Shown one piece after another: positions 1-11,927 of a stretch of DNA of 64,000 bases. Every line of letters begins with the position of its first letter. The first letter of the stretch is position 1. Source of the stretch: Okamejei kenojei (Eukaryota); assembly GCA_035221665.1 (NCBI GenBank), contig CM069161.1:3720001-3784000 (forward strand), given 5' to 3'. The position numbers were made by a program, and so were the translations under genes. Under the pieces are notes generated by a model that saw nothing but the letters and a program-made list of their open reading frames with translations, had not been told where the DNA came from and searched no databases.

Positions 1-1087
1 AAAGAAAGGAAGAGGAAGAAATTAGACGAACCCCACGCCGAACAGGGTTGAACGAGGGGGAGAATGGGGGACCGGTAGAGATAAAACAAAAGATTAGATG
101 CTTAATGGTAAAGGCAAGTCAAAGAGAGAAATCCGGAGTATACAGAGATGGGCTTCTGTTGAGTGAAAACTAGGGGAGAGAAAGTGAGAATAATATTGAG
201 GCAGGAGGCGAGGAGGTAGACGGGGCTGGCGAAAATGAGGAATGCAGAATGCAGAACGAGTGTCAGGTAAGCCTGCTGACTCGCCCCGTCTGCTAGCCGC
301 GGCAAGGGCGTCTCCGCGGCAGGGTAAAACTGAACCAAAGGGGCCTTCACCTGAAATATACCACAGAACCATGGACTTGTACCCTCGCCGGACTTTGAAA
401 CAGACTCGGGAAAACTGTCCGAAGCGTGTTGAAACTTAAAGGTGTCAGCTTCCCCCGCTCTCCCCGCTGGCTCAGGCGCTCCCTCAACATCTTCTTTCGC
501 GAAACAAAAGCTTGAAATAATGTGTTTATATTTAATATATATTTAAAACAAACCATGTTAGTCGTTATCAAATCTACCCACAAGCGATTGGGCAAGGTGT
601 GAAGGAAAGTCTAGCCAACCAATGTATTCATTGTAAAACACAATTCCGACCAAATAAACTCCAAAAATGTTTTGAACTGGTGAAAGCGCGGATAAACTCC
701 TGGGAGATTACACCCGCTTTTCATGAGCGTGATCTCGTTTCTAATTGTAACAGAAGGTTTAGGGATTTTTGTTCAGCAGGTCCGCTGTTGAAGTGAGATC
801 ACCTTAGGACAGGGACAAGCGCAGACTGAGCCAAAGAAAGATTGGAATTCAAACATTATTTTATTCCAGCACCATCAGACTTGTTGTTGGAGGCTGCAGC
901 TTTGGCTCGGGTTCCTGTCACCGCAAGGGGCTTTTCAGTTTTTTGAATAAAATACTCTTTTTACATCGTGCCTGTCACGTCCGTTTGAAAAAATTATCCC
1001 AATGTGCTTTGCAGAGGTTTGAAGACTAGTCGCTGTTGCAATATTGAAATCACCGCCGCTAATTTGCGCACATCAATCTCCAACTCC

Positions 1088-1176
1088 CAGTCTGAAGAAG
1101 GGTCTCGACCCGAAATCCCCTCTCTCCAGAGATGCTGCCTGTCCCGCCGAGTTACTCCAGCATTTTGTGTCTATCT
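1088..1176 (+). mobile_element. Solo Penelope pLTR arm
   Basis: cagtctgaagaagggtctcgacccgaaa...gagttactccagcattttgtgtctatc. Confidence 0.8.
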
Positions 1177-2355
1177 ACCCTGAACGTGAGCACGTTTTGG
1201 AAAAAGCTGATTGAATGATAATCCGGAATATTCACATCCCTTCCCTGCCTTCTCCTACACACACCTCGCACTGGGCTCTGGTTTAATTCTACGTGGCCCA
1301 ATGCGACGGGGGAGCATTTCACTGTTCACTCACCACCCAAGGCAGGTACATGCCCTCGCTGCGCGGCACCCACCGCCTACCTATTCCTGCCCAGGTGTAT
1401 TGCCGCGTACAGGCTGTGAGAGACAGAATCTAACTCAACACCACGCCTCTGTCGGCCTGGCAGTCCGCTCTCTTGGCCACGCCAAGTCATCTCCGTTATT
1501 AGTTAATGTCTACATTGTGTTTTGGATTAGGTCACTTTTATTTTACAGAAAGCAATATTCCACCCTGTTTTAACAATATCAGCGAGTTGCTGGGTGTGAC
1601 GCCATGACATCCATTCATGGATTCAACGTGACTCACCAGGAGTTACTAGTATGGGAAACCTTTATACATTTAATATTAATTCCGGCGTTGAAACAAAGAG
1701 CAAAAGCGCCACGTCCCTGCTGTTTGAGGATGTGTTCAATGCGTGCGCGCTTTGGTGAGAAACTGTGTGTATATTTTATCAATGATCGTCATATAGAAAG
1801 AGATGCGCAGACGTTTTCAATGTACTCGGCTAAAATATTACCCCGCAATCAGTGTGGACAAGGAACAGACACACGACTGCAAGTGTCAGACAAAGGGGGA
1901 GATATGAGCAAAGGACAGGGACACAAAGAGATGCGAGGGACATGTAATATGATGAAAGAGAGTTAAAATCCAATTTTTGTTCCTTTCTATTCAATGGCAG
2001 ATTGAGGGCGTGACTTTACCAAGGAAAGGCAATAGATTGAGAATGACTCCTTGCCCGCAGCAGTCCGCCCGCACCCTGAACGCAGCTCCACAGCTCCTGG
2101 CGCATCGTGAGCTTAATCACTCCCATTTATCGCTTGTCGGACGATAAATGTTTTATCTTCCTTGCCAACACCTGCCTCGCCCCTCCCTCCGACATCTTCA
2201 TCATCCCTCAGCCAAACCTGACCCTCAGTCTCCACAGACCTAACATTGGGTTAACGAGTGTTGAACCGATGGAAGGAACGGCTCCCGTTTTACTGGTGTG
2301 GGCTCCATACTATTGTATGGGTGACGGGCCCTGTTCATGGGGTCCTTAGGTGACA

Positions 2356-2574
2356 TGTGTAGGAAGGAACTGCAGATGCTGGTTTAAACTGACGATAGAC
2401 ACAACATGTTGGAATAACTCAATGAGACAGGCAGCATCTCTGGAGAGAAGGAATGGGAGACGTTTCGGGTCGAGACACTTTCTTAGACTGACCGAGGCTG
2501 CCTGTCCTGCTGGTTTACTCCAGCATTTTGTGTCTATCATCGGTGTAAACCAGCATCTGCGGTTTCTTCGTACA
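2356..2574. mobile_element. Penelope-derived fold-back element, both tails present, right arm internally deleted
   Basis: Starts tgtgtaggaaggaactgcagatgctggttta and ends taaaccagcatctgcggtttcttcgtaca. Confidence 0.8.
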
Positions 2575-3617
2575 CTATCAAATGGGAGATGAAGATACTG
2601 TACATTGTAATAGAGGTGTGGGGGGTGGGTGCGGGGAACGAACATCACAGTGGAAAATTGGAAGGGGGAAGTGTGTCAAGTGGTCCGGCGCAGGTTGGGT
2701 GGGACAACTTGTGTCTTGTGCGGTGCGATTCTGTGGTTACCAATGTTGCTTCACGTTAACAAGGGATACTAACCAGAGTCTCCAAATTCAAAGCGATTCG
2801 TGTTCAGGTTTCGTGGGTATTCAGATAAGTGCGATTTGTAATGTTTACACTGTAAGTGGCAATTTGTTCATATCTAAAATTAATTATCTTCTTTAGCTAA
2901 TGAGCTAATTTCATAAAGTGGAAGTGCACACTCCGAGGGCGCAGTTACGAGTATTTATTCGTAATGATTGCTCGCACCAGCGAGGGGTGAGATCCGGGTC
3001 TTGACCTCCCTCTCCCTCTCCCTCTCTCCCCATCGACCCGGGGCTCTACCTGCGGCATGTCAGGTCATGAACTCTCACCTGGAGATTAACCCAAGACAGT
3101 TCAAAGCTCCCAACTCGGCGCAGACTCGCCGACTCTGATATGCCTTCAGCAAACACATTTTTTAAAAAGAGGGGAACGGGCAAATTCTGCGCAAAATAAA
3201 GCGAGATGCTTTGGAAAGTATCAAAACATCCCTCCCGACACGTTCAGTTTGACAGGGTATTTGCATCCCAGTGTCGGAAATGCGATTCTGTGCGAGTCTG
3301 CACTTAAACGTTTTTAAGTTTTCAGAAACATAAACAAGTTGTTTTCACCTTCATAGGAAACCAAGGGATCAAATTTAAACAAAATTTAGATCGCACCGGT
3401 CGAACCCAGCCAGACTGCCCTGGTGTTCCGCCCATTCCACTTCAGTGACTTTCTTGGCGTTTGAATTTAAAATATTTAAAGTTTTGCGGCTTATTGTGTT
3501 TAGTCTGACATTGTTTGCGCCCCTCTTGAGTGATCCCACGCGACATCATGACACATTTCCTCAGCATCTCAATGTTGTCTGTGACATTATCAAACCGGGT
3601 GTTAGAACCAAAAAAAA

Positions 3618-3619
<2 letters not shown>

Positions 3620-3665
<46 letters not shown>
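3620..3665. repeat. Poly-C homopolymer (46 bp)
   Basis: Directly visible. Confidence 0.95.
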
Positions 3666-4799
3666 ACCACCAATGTAGACGGGGGCGATAAAAGTGCATT
3701 TTTCTTGGCTCCGTCAGACGCGAGGTTCGCAACCTGCAGTCCGCTGTGTGAGTCAGTGTCAGCGAATATGATGCATGGAGGAAGTGGCTTGTCACCGGCT
3801 GTCCTGTACACGGACAGTGATGGAGGATGTCTTCTCCGCAGTGATGACGGGCGCCAGTTCTTGCCCATCCAGGCGCAGAAGGCATATTTCACTCCTCCGT
3901 CTCCGCACCCTGACCCGCCCCACTATTATTTACAGTATTCCAAAGCCGCTTAAAAAAAATCAATCTTAAAGAGACCATTCAGCATTTGGTTAGTGTTCGG
4001 AATAAGGGTTGATAATGATTCTGTATGTCTAAACACTTTTAGACAAAGTCATACCCCTCAGCACAGAAAGTGGCCCTTCGGTCCACCATGTCCATACTGT
4101 CCTATACTAATCTCATTTACCAGCGCTACGCCCACAGCCTGCTCTGACCTGGTGATCCAAAGTACTGGTCCAGACACCTTTTAAATTTTGTGAAAATCGT
4201 TACCTCGACGAAATAATATTTCTGGAACAGACAAGGTTAAGAAGAGATTTATTGCCGGGGTTTAAGGCCATGGACAGTTTCGATTTTTTTTTCGCATGTA
4301 AATAAATCTTTTCACTTAGGGAGAGGAGAGGTGAGTTGACGGAAGGATGAGAGGGAGCATTGCGAAGATCTGGAATTTCCTAGCTGGATGTTGGTGAGAA
4401 TAAATTCAACAATTTATTTGAAAGTGAATTGGATTTGTACTCAAAGGAGAGACAAATGCCGAATTATAGGGAAAACTGCAAGAGAATGTGGCTGCAGTGA
4501 TATTAATTTATTTCAAAGACCCAAATAGAAGCACGAAGGGATGTGACCTTCAAGATTATGATTTCAATTTTTTTTTTTAAATCTTAATTGATATGTAAAA
4601 TTTGGGAGACGATGTTCTCCTTTTAATGAGGCCTCGAGTTCTGTCCGAAGGAACCGATGACATCTCATATGCGTCCGTTTAACTCGAGCAAGGTCTGACT
4701 TGGTGGGAAGGTGGATATTTTAAACAATTATGGAAAGTACTGGCAAAGACTTGCAGTTTCTGAGAGGGGAACTCCGAGAGCTCCGTCAACTCCGGCCGA

Positions 4800-5193
4800 A
4801 ATTTGAAGGATGAGGGGGAAAATCTTATAGAAGGGTTAGATTAGGCTTAAGGCTAGATGCAGGGAAAATGTTCCCTTTGTTGGGGGAGTCCAGAACCAGG
4901 GGTTACAGTTTACGAAAAAGGGGTAGGACTGAGATGACGAAAAAACTTTTTCACCCAGAGAGTTGTGAATCTGTGAAATTCTCTGCCACAGAAAGCAGTG
5001 GAGGCCAATTCACTGGATATATTCAAGAGAGAGTTAGATATAGTTCTTGGGGCTAACGGAATCAAGGGATATGGGGAGAAAGCAGGAACGGAGTACTGAG
5101 TTTGGATGATCAGCCATGATCATATTGAATGGCGGTGCAGGGTCGAAGGGCCGAATGGCCTATTCCTGCACATATTGTCTGTGTTTTTATGTT
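4800..5193 (+). mobile_element. CR1-clade LINE 3' fragment
   Basis: MFPLLGESRTRG... followed by the gatcagccatgatcatattgaatggcggtgcagg 3'UTR. Confidence 0.88.
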
Positions 5194-5556
5194 TAACTCG
5201 ACGAAGCAGCTTGCAGTGAGTCGCGGAGGTCTACGGGAGACATTCCTGGTCACACGTGGGCGTGTGAGCGTGTGTACACATGAATAAAATTACTCACAAT
5301 GTGAATGACTTCAGGCTCATGACTTTGTCGAAGGAGATGAGGGACAACCTGGGAGCCTCAGGCAGAGGTAGATAGAGAACGATGCTCCGAGTAAGCAGAG
5401 GTATGGGGAGAAACAGAAGCTAATAGACATGGTAATAGATACATAGAATGATCTACGTGATAGCGATGCAGAATAATGATAGATAGACAGAGAGAGAGAG
5501 AGAGAGGGAAAGATAGAGATAGATGGAGATGGTACATAAATACATACGCCATAGAT

Positions 5557-5776
5557 ACAAATCACAAAGCGCTGGTGGCACTCAGTAGGTCAGGCAGCAT
5601 CTGTGGAGGGAATGGACAGGAGACGTTTCCGGTCTGGACTCTTCACCAGGCAGAAGGCTGAATAAAGTCCCCATCCGAAACGTCGAATGTTCGTTTCCCT
5701 CCAGAGATGCTGTCAGACCCCGTTAGTTCCTCCCGCATTTTGTGTTTTTTTCCCTCAAAATTCAAGCATCTGCAGT
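5557..5776. mobile_element. Diverged Penelope-derived fold-back element
   Basis: Inverted arms (caggcagcatctgtggaggg / ccctccagagatgctgtc) around a degenerate core. Confidence 0.7.
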
Positions 5777-6165
5777 AGATAGTCAGATAGACAGATAGAC
5801 AGTCAGACGGACAGACGGGTGGGTGGGCGGACGGACGGATGGATTGATACACAGACAGAGAGAGGGATATTGAGATAGAGTGGTATATATAAGCAGTGGT
5901 AGATAAATGTGGAGGTAGATAGATGGAGGAGTAGATAAATGGAGGGCAGAGATAAATGAGTGCGTAGATAGATGGAGGGTGAAGATAGATGGAGGGGGAG
6001 AAAGATGGAGGTTGAAGATAAATGGAGGGTGTAGATAGATTGGGGTGTAGATAAATGGGGGGTAGATAAATGGGGGGAGAATAGATGGGGTGTAGATAAA
6101 TGGGGGGTAAATAGATGGGGGGTAGATAGATGTGGAGATAAGTAGATAGAGAGAATTGAATGGAC
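5776..6165. repeat. Purine-rich degenerate microsatellite (gata/gaca and ggtagataaatggggg units)
   Basis: Low-complexity tandem units; a similar gata/ga tract lies at 5365-5560. Confidence 0.85.
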
Positions 6166-6792
6166 ATAAAACTCGTTAGTTAATCATTTGACAGATAGGA
6201 CAGGTTTGGAGGGATATGGCCCAAGTGCAGGCAGGTGGGACTAGAGTAGCTGGGACATGTTGGCCGGTGTGGGCAAGTTGGGCCGAACGTGCCTTTTTCC
6301 ACACTTTATGACTCTATGACTTGAGAATACTGCGCTGAGTTCTCGAGGTCCTCTTTGGACATTGGCATGCGTCTGTGTAACATCTTGCACGGTCTGTTGC
6401 ATATGTTCACGTCACTGCAGCAACGTGTTTTGTAAGGAAGAAATGTTGGGCATCCAGTTATCTTTTCCTGCTCTAAGAAAATGTAACAGAAAGCCAGCGC
6501 GAAGTTACTTTTGCAAGAATCGTTCCCAAGGAATGTGTTTGGGATTATTTTCTGGGGCGTGGTCGAGTGACACACACCCTTTTACCCCCCGCTGGGTGTT
6601 TGCTGTAAGAAATCAGTTACACTGTTCAAGATCTTGCTTCACTCAGTTCGATTCAGTGAAACCACTTACAAATAAATAAATGTATGTAGGAACATTGCTG
6701 AGTTATGTTTAAGAAAAACTGCAAGCATTTCCAAATGTCGGATTTTAATATATATATTACGAGTATGCGAAGTGTAACGAAACTAACATTTC

Positions 6793-7518
6793 ATAAGATC
6801 ATAAGTGATAGGCGCAGAATTAGGCCATTCAGCCCATCAAGTCTATTCCGTCATTCAATCATGGCTGATCTATCTCTCCCTCCTAACCCCATTCTTCCGC
6901 CTCTTCCCATAACCTCTGACACCCGTACTAATCAAGAATCTATCTATCTCTGCCCTAAGTATATCCATTAACTTGGCCCCCACAGCCTTCTGTGGCAACG
7001 AAGTCCACAGATTCACCACCCTCTGACAAATTCCGTGAGCATGTGCAGGTAAGAGAGTGTAGTAGAATAGCCAAAGGTAGAAACATAGAAACATAGAAAA
7101 TAGGTGCAGGAGTAGGCCATTCGGCCCTTCGAGCCTGCACCGCCATTCAATATGATCATGGCTGATCATCCAACTCTATATCCCGTACCTGCCTTCTCTC
7201 CATACCCCCTGATCCCTCTAGCCACAAGGGCCACATCTAACTCCCTCTTAAATATAGCCAAAGAACTGGCTACTTTCTGTGGCAGAGAATTCCAGAGACT
7301 CACCACTCTCTGTGTGAAAAATGTTTTTTCTCATCTCGGTCCTAAAATATTTTCCCCTTATCCTTAAACTGTGACCCCTTGTTCTGGACTTCTCCAACAT
7401 CGGGAACACTCTTCCTGCATCTAGCCTGTCCAACCCCTTAAGAATTTTGTAAGTTTCTAGAAGATCCTCACTCAATCTTCTAAATTCACCCCTCAATCTT
7501 CCAAAATTCTCGCGAGTA
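6793..7518 (-). mobile_element. Two CR1-clade LINE 3' fragments (6793-7027 and 7077-7518)
   Basis: Reverse-complement 3'UTR and ORF2 end (ETYKILKGLDRLDAGRVFPML). The second fragment abuts the Penelope fragment. Confidence 0.88.
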
Positions 7519-7519
7519 C

Positions 7520-8010
7520 ATAGACACAAAAAGCTGGAGTAACTCAGCGGAACAGGCAACATCTCTGGAGAGAAGGAATGGGTGACGTTTCGGGTCGAGA
7601 CCTTTCTTCAAACTGGTTAGGGATAAGGGAAGCGAGATATATAGACGGTGATGTGGAGAGATCAAGAACAACGAATGAAAGATATGCAAAAAAGTATCGA
7701 TGATAAAGGAAACAGGCCATTGTAAGCTGTTTGTTGGATGAAAATGAGAAGCTAGAGCGACTTGAATGGGGGAGGGATAGAGAGAGAGGGAATGCTGGAG
7801 CTACCTGAAGTGAGGGAAATCAATATTCATGCCACTGGGCTGTAAGCTGCCCAAGCTAAATATGCGATGCAGTTGCTCCAATTTGCGTTCAGCCTCTCTC
7901 TGACAATGGAGGAGACCTAGGACAGAAAGGTCTGTGTAGGAATGGGAAGGAGAATTAAAGTGTCCAGCAACCGTGAGATCATGTTGGTTCACGTGGGCTG
8001 AGCGAAGGTG
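7520..8010 (-). mobile_element. Penelope-like retroelement 3' fragment (GIY-YIG endonuclease C-terminus, 3'UTR and pLTR)
   Basis: ORF 7801-8028(-) HLRSAHVNQHDLTVAGHFNSPSHSYTDLSVLGLLHCQREAERKLEQLHRIFSLGSLQPSGMNIDF matches the PLE GIY-YIG C-terminal pattern (VAxHFN...HS..DL.V.GL...RKL.E...IF.LG.L.P.GMN). It is followed by the same terminal sequence as the short fold-back repeats. Confidence 0.85.
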
Positions 8011-8694
8011 TCTGCATCTGGTAGCCACATGTCAGCAAAACACGAACGGGAGACCTGTGCCTCATGAGCTGAAGGCAACATTCCTCTTATGGTTGCTGCG
8101 AAGTAGCCATTCCTATTACTTGTTAACGTTCATCATTTTGGGGGAATTTCCGATGAGTCGCCAGCCTATTACATGCTGGGAACTGTGTTAGGTGACTCAT
8201 TCGGGAAATTGGCAAATGTTAATGAAAATCTTCACCCAATGGGCATCACGATATGTCATCCGGTCAGCGATGCTGGAAGTCCCGCTGACATGTGCGTTCA
8301 TCACAATTTGATACTTGAAACAGTTCGCTTTCACTTTCTTTGCGGCGCAATAATACAAATGTTTATATTGTCATCTGTTTAAAAGAACAACCATTCTTTG
8401 TGCGATAAGCGTGCCTGCAAACACGTGTCATTGGATATGTATGTGTTTTGTCTGTGTTTACATAGATTAGGCATGCCCGCCTGCATCGCATTGCGTGTAT
8501 CGTGCACTTGTGGCGCATGTCTCCGTGTGTATGTTTACCTTTGCACATATCAATGTATATGTTCATTGGTGCCTGGTCGTGCCTGGGTATGTGTACTAAT
8601 TTAATGTTTCTCATCGAGGCGCGTGTCTATCACCAGTGTACGTATCCGCCTTATACAAGCTATGCAAAATCCCGCATAAGGCAGCATTAAATTT

Positions 8695-9250
8695 AAAACA
8701 CAGAGTCCTGGAGGAACTCATCGGGTCAATTCGTGTCTGGGCAGGGAATGGACAGGCGAAGACACTTATTCAAACTTTCCGGATGCTGCCTGACCCGCAG
8801 AGTTCCTCCAGCGCTTTCTGTTTTGCTCAGGATTCCAACATCTGCAGGTTCTCGTGTCTCGACCTGAAATGTCACCCATACATTCGATCCAGAGATGCGG
8901 CATTTTGTGTCATTCTTCGGTATAAACCAGCATCTGCGGTTTCTTTCTACACAGTTTAAGGAAATGGCTGAGTAACAGCAATGCAGAGGAATTAGCATAA
9001 TAAAGACACTGAACAAATTGATGCTTATTCCAAGCCAGACCGTTTAAGGAAATGGACCCAGAGTGCTGGAGTAACTCAGCGGGTCACGCAGCATCTCTGG
9101 AGAGAAATGATGGTTGACGTTTCGGGTCAAACGTCTGAAGAAGGGAAACGTCACCCATCCCTTTTCTCCAGAGATGCTGCGAGACCCGCTGAGTTACTCC
9201 AGCACTCTGTGTCTACCTTCGGTATAAACTAGCATCTGCGGTGTCTTTCT
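8695..9250. mobile_element. Cluster of Penelope-derived fold-back elements
   Basis: Arms at 8695-8950, and a clean fold-back at 9058-9250 whose hammerhead stem II is deleted (ctgaagaagggaaacgtcacc). Confidence 0.75.
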
Positions 9251-9440
9251 GTGCAGATTGGGAAATGGCTGAGTAACACCAATGCAGAGGAATTAGCAGA
9301 ATAAAGATATGAGCAAAGGATGCTTCGCACTGTGACATATTTAAGGGTGAGAGCGTCAGAATGTGCAGCCAATACTGAACTTGCGAACACTGAATGTGGG
9401 GTCAGGCAATGGATGCGGAGCGGTGTGGAACTTGAGGGGC

Positions 9441-9652
9441 ATAAAAACATAGAAGCATAGAAAATATGTGCAGGATGAAGCCATTCGGCCCTTCGAGCCA
9501 GCACCGCCATTCATTGTGATCATGGCTGATCGTCCGCTATCAATAACCCGTGCCTGCCTTGTCCCCATATCCCTTGACTCCACTAGCCCCTAGAGCTCTA
9601 TCCAACTCTCTCTTAAATCCATCCAGTGATTTGGCCTCCACTGCCCTCTGTG
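9441..9652 (-). mobile_element. CR1-clade LINE 3' fragment
   Basis: catagaa tail, then ccattcggcccttcgagccagcaccgccattca. Confidence 0.85.
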
Positions 9653-10310
9653 GAGGTGGCATTGAGATGGACGGGAAATGGAGAAAACAAATTCACTCAG
9701 ATCACAATATATTGTCGTGGGGAGGGGAAAGGCAGTTAAATGTGACGTGTATAGGGTGCCTGCTAAAGTTTATCGATAGAAAATGTAACACGTGTTACAT
9801 TCATGCTTTGATCTGCAGATTCCGGCGCCTCACGATAATGGGAGGCACTTAAAGTTGTCATATCATTATGGCTTGTTGGCTATAGGTGTCATATTGCATT
9901 ATATTCAGGTTACAAACTGTTTTGGACAACATTCGTTTTATCCCTTTCTACACAACCGATGTGACACAGGTTAGATATTCTACTAATCCGACCCCACCAT
10001 GAATGTGTTTACACGCGCCTACCGGGACACAGGTGTTTGGTAAGTGATTCCTTGGCAAGCTGTTCCGTTAGCAAATTGGCTGCCACTTTGCCGCAACTGT
10101 GTCTAAACTAAAACTGAACCTCCATTGTTGTGAATGTCTGTGGGATTCCCTGAACACCGGATACATGCGACGTAAGTTAAACCCTTTCTGTACAATGCAC
10201 GGCGAGGTTTCGTAGGATGTCCACATTTACATGTAGCGGCCACTCAGGAAGAAAAGGTTTAAAATATCGACGTGCCTTTATGCCCTCCCTAACTTCGCTC
10301 CCAATTTCTT

Positions 10311-10556
10311 AGTCGTAGTCACAAAGCGTGGAAACAGGCCCTTCGGCCCAACTTACCCACACCCGCCAACATGTCCTGTCTACACTAGTTCCACCTGTCC
10401 GCGTTTGACCCACATCTCCCCAAACCTATCCTACCCATATACCTGTCTAACTGTTTCTTAAACGTTGGGATAGTCCCCGCCTCAACTACCTCCTCTGGCA
10501 GGTCCTTCCGTACACCCACCACCCTGTGTGTGGAAAAGTTACCCATCAGATACCTA
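10311..10556 (-). mobile_element. CR1 subfamily B 3' fragment
   Basis: FSTHRVVGVRKDLPEEVVEAGTIPTFKKQLDRYM; tail ggaaacaggcccttcggccc. A shorter + copy lies at 6190-6321. Confidence 0.85.
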
Positions 10557-11706
10557 TTGAATGTATTAAAAATAAATATTAAAATCCTCATCTATCTCCT
10601 ATTAGTGATCAGGGCCCTTTATTTTCTTCCATCAAGTCCTTTGCACGCTCAGTCCACTGCCTCCCCGCAGCTCCACCCTTCTCCTCGTCATTTTGCCCCG
10701 TTGGAGTTATTCTTTCAACCACCACTTCAATACTCATGGAGAACTGAGTTGTCCAAGCCATCGCCTTTCACACGAGGAGTTGAATGGAAGCTGACTCTGT
10801 CTTATCTAACAAGGCACCATTTGAAGAGGCACCGAGTTGGCTCAGCGATCCAGCAACACTAACTCCCCGACCTGCACCAGGTTAAATAAAGCGACAAATG
10901 GTTTGTGGTCTGGACTGTTCCTAGGATATGACGACGCGCGCTTTTCCTCCCTTACCTGCAGTTCTTTCCCACACATTTTGCCAGTGACCAGCAAATCACT
11001 GAAATACTAATTAAAATATTTCCAGGTTTTCAACTTTCTAACAAAAATGACAAATATAATCAGGAAATGGTGAAAGTACGCAGCGTGTAAGGCGACATCT
11101 GTGGAGAAAAAAAAAAACAGTTCCAACGGAAGGAAAGTTTCGTTGCAAGTGTTTATACCTAAAATATTAGCTTTTCTCTGTCTTTCCTCAGAGGTGCCAA
11201 TCTTGTTTTTTTTAATACATTGCTGCAAAGGTGGCATTGTGCCAGGCACCAAATATCTTTGAATTGACTGAGATTGTGCCATGGATATTTAAATCATTCG
11301 TAAGATGCTATATATTTATCCCCTTAACAAAATGTAAAAAGACCGATACTCTTCATCGATGTTGGAAGTTTCCTGTTCTGTGCAAGGACTGTGGTCATCT
11401 GGACTTGTTCCGTTTCAAAATAAAGTGTGCAAAATTCCATAGATGGCAATACTAAATTCAAGCCACATCGTGTATTCGCTGAATAAGCAAACGACTAGTA
11501 TTAGTAACGTGGAATAAACACGGTGACAACTGAGCAAAGGATGCTTTCTCTGAGAATTGGTTACGGGTTAGGGTGACAAACATTCGAATAATTCTAAATG
11601 TCTCAGATCCACCCGTCTAAAAGGTTTTCAGATAAAGAGCGCCAAGACCAAGTGGTCTGGGGCCATGGACAAACTGCGAGGAGAACAGGGACAATGTAGA
11701 CTGGGG

Positions 11707-11927
11707 GTGTAGGAAGGAACACAAGGAATCTTATAGAAAGATTCTATGTTTCTATGTTTCTGTGAACTGCAGATGCGGGTTTACACCGAAGACAAACACA
11801 AAGTGCTGGAATATTTTGGAGATGGATGCTCTCTGAAGAAGGATCTTGGCCAAAACGTTACCTATTCATTTTCTCCAGAGATGCTGCCTGACCCGCTGCG
11901 TTACTCCAGCATTTTGTGCCCATCTTC
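11707..11927. mobile_element. Penelope-derived element interrupted by a short CR1 tail
   Basis: The tail gtgtaggaaggaac is split by ...ttctatgtttctatgtttc before resuming gaactgcagatgc. Confidence 0.65.

Noticed and set aside
371-439. accATGG Kozak with MDLY, like a fish Wnt3 start
   Set aside because: It continues as a hydrophilic peptide to a stop codon, with no signal peptide and no donor.
3442-3892. Poly-Gly and poly-Pro ORFs
   Set aside because: Produced by the poly-C homopolymer.
5643-6167. 174-aa PPIYL-repeat ORF
   Set aside because: Translation of a degenerate microsatellite.
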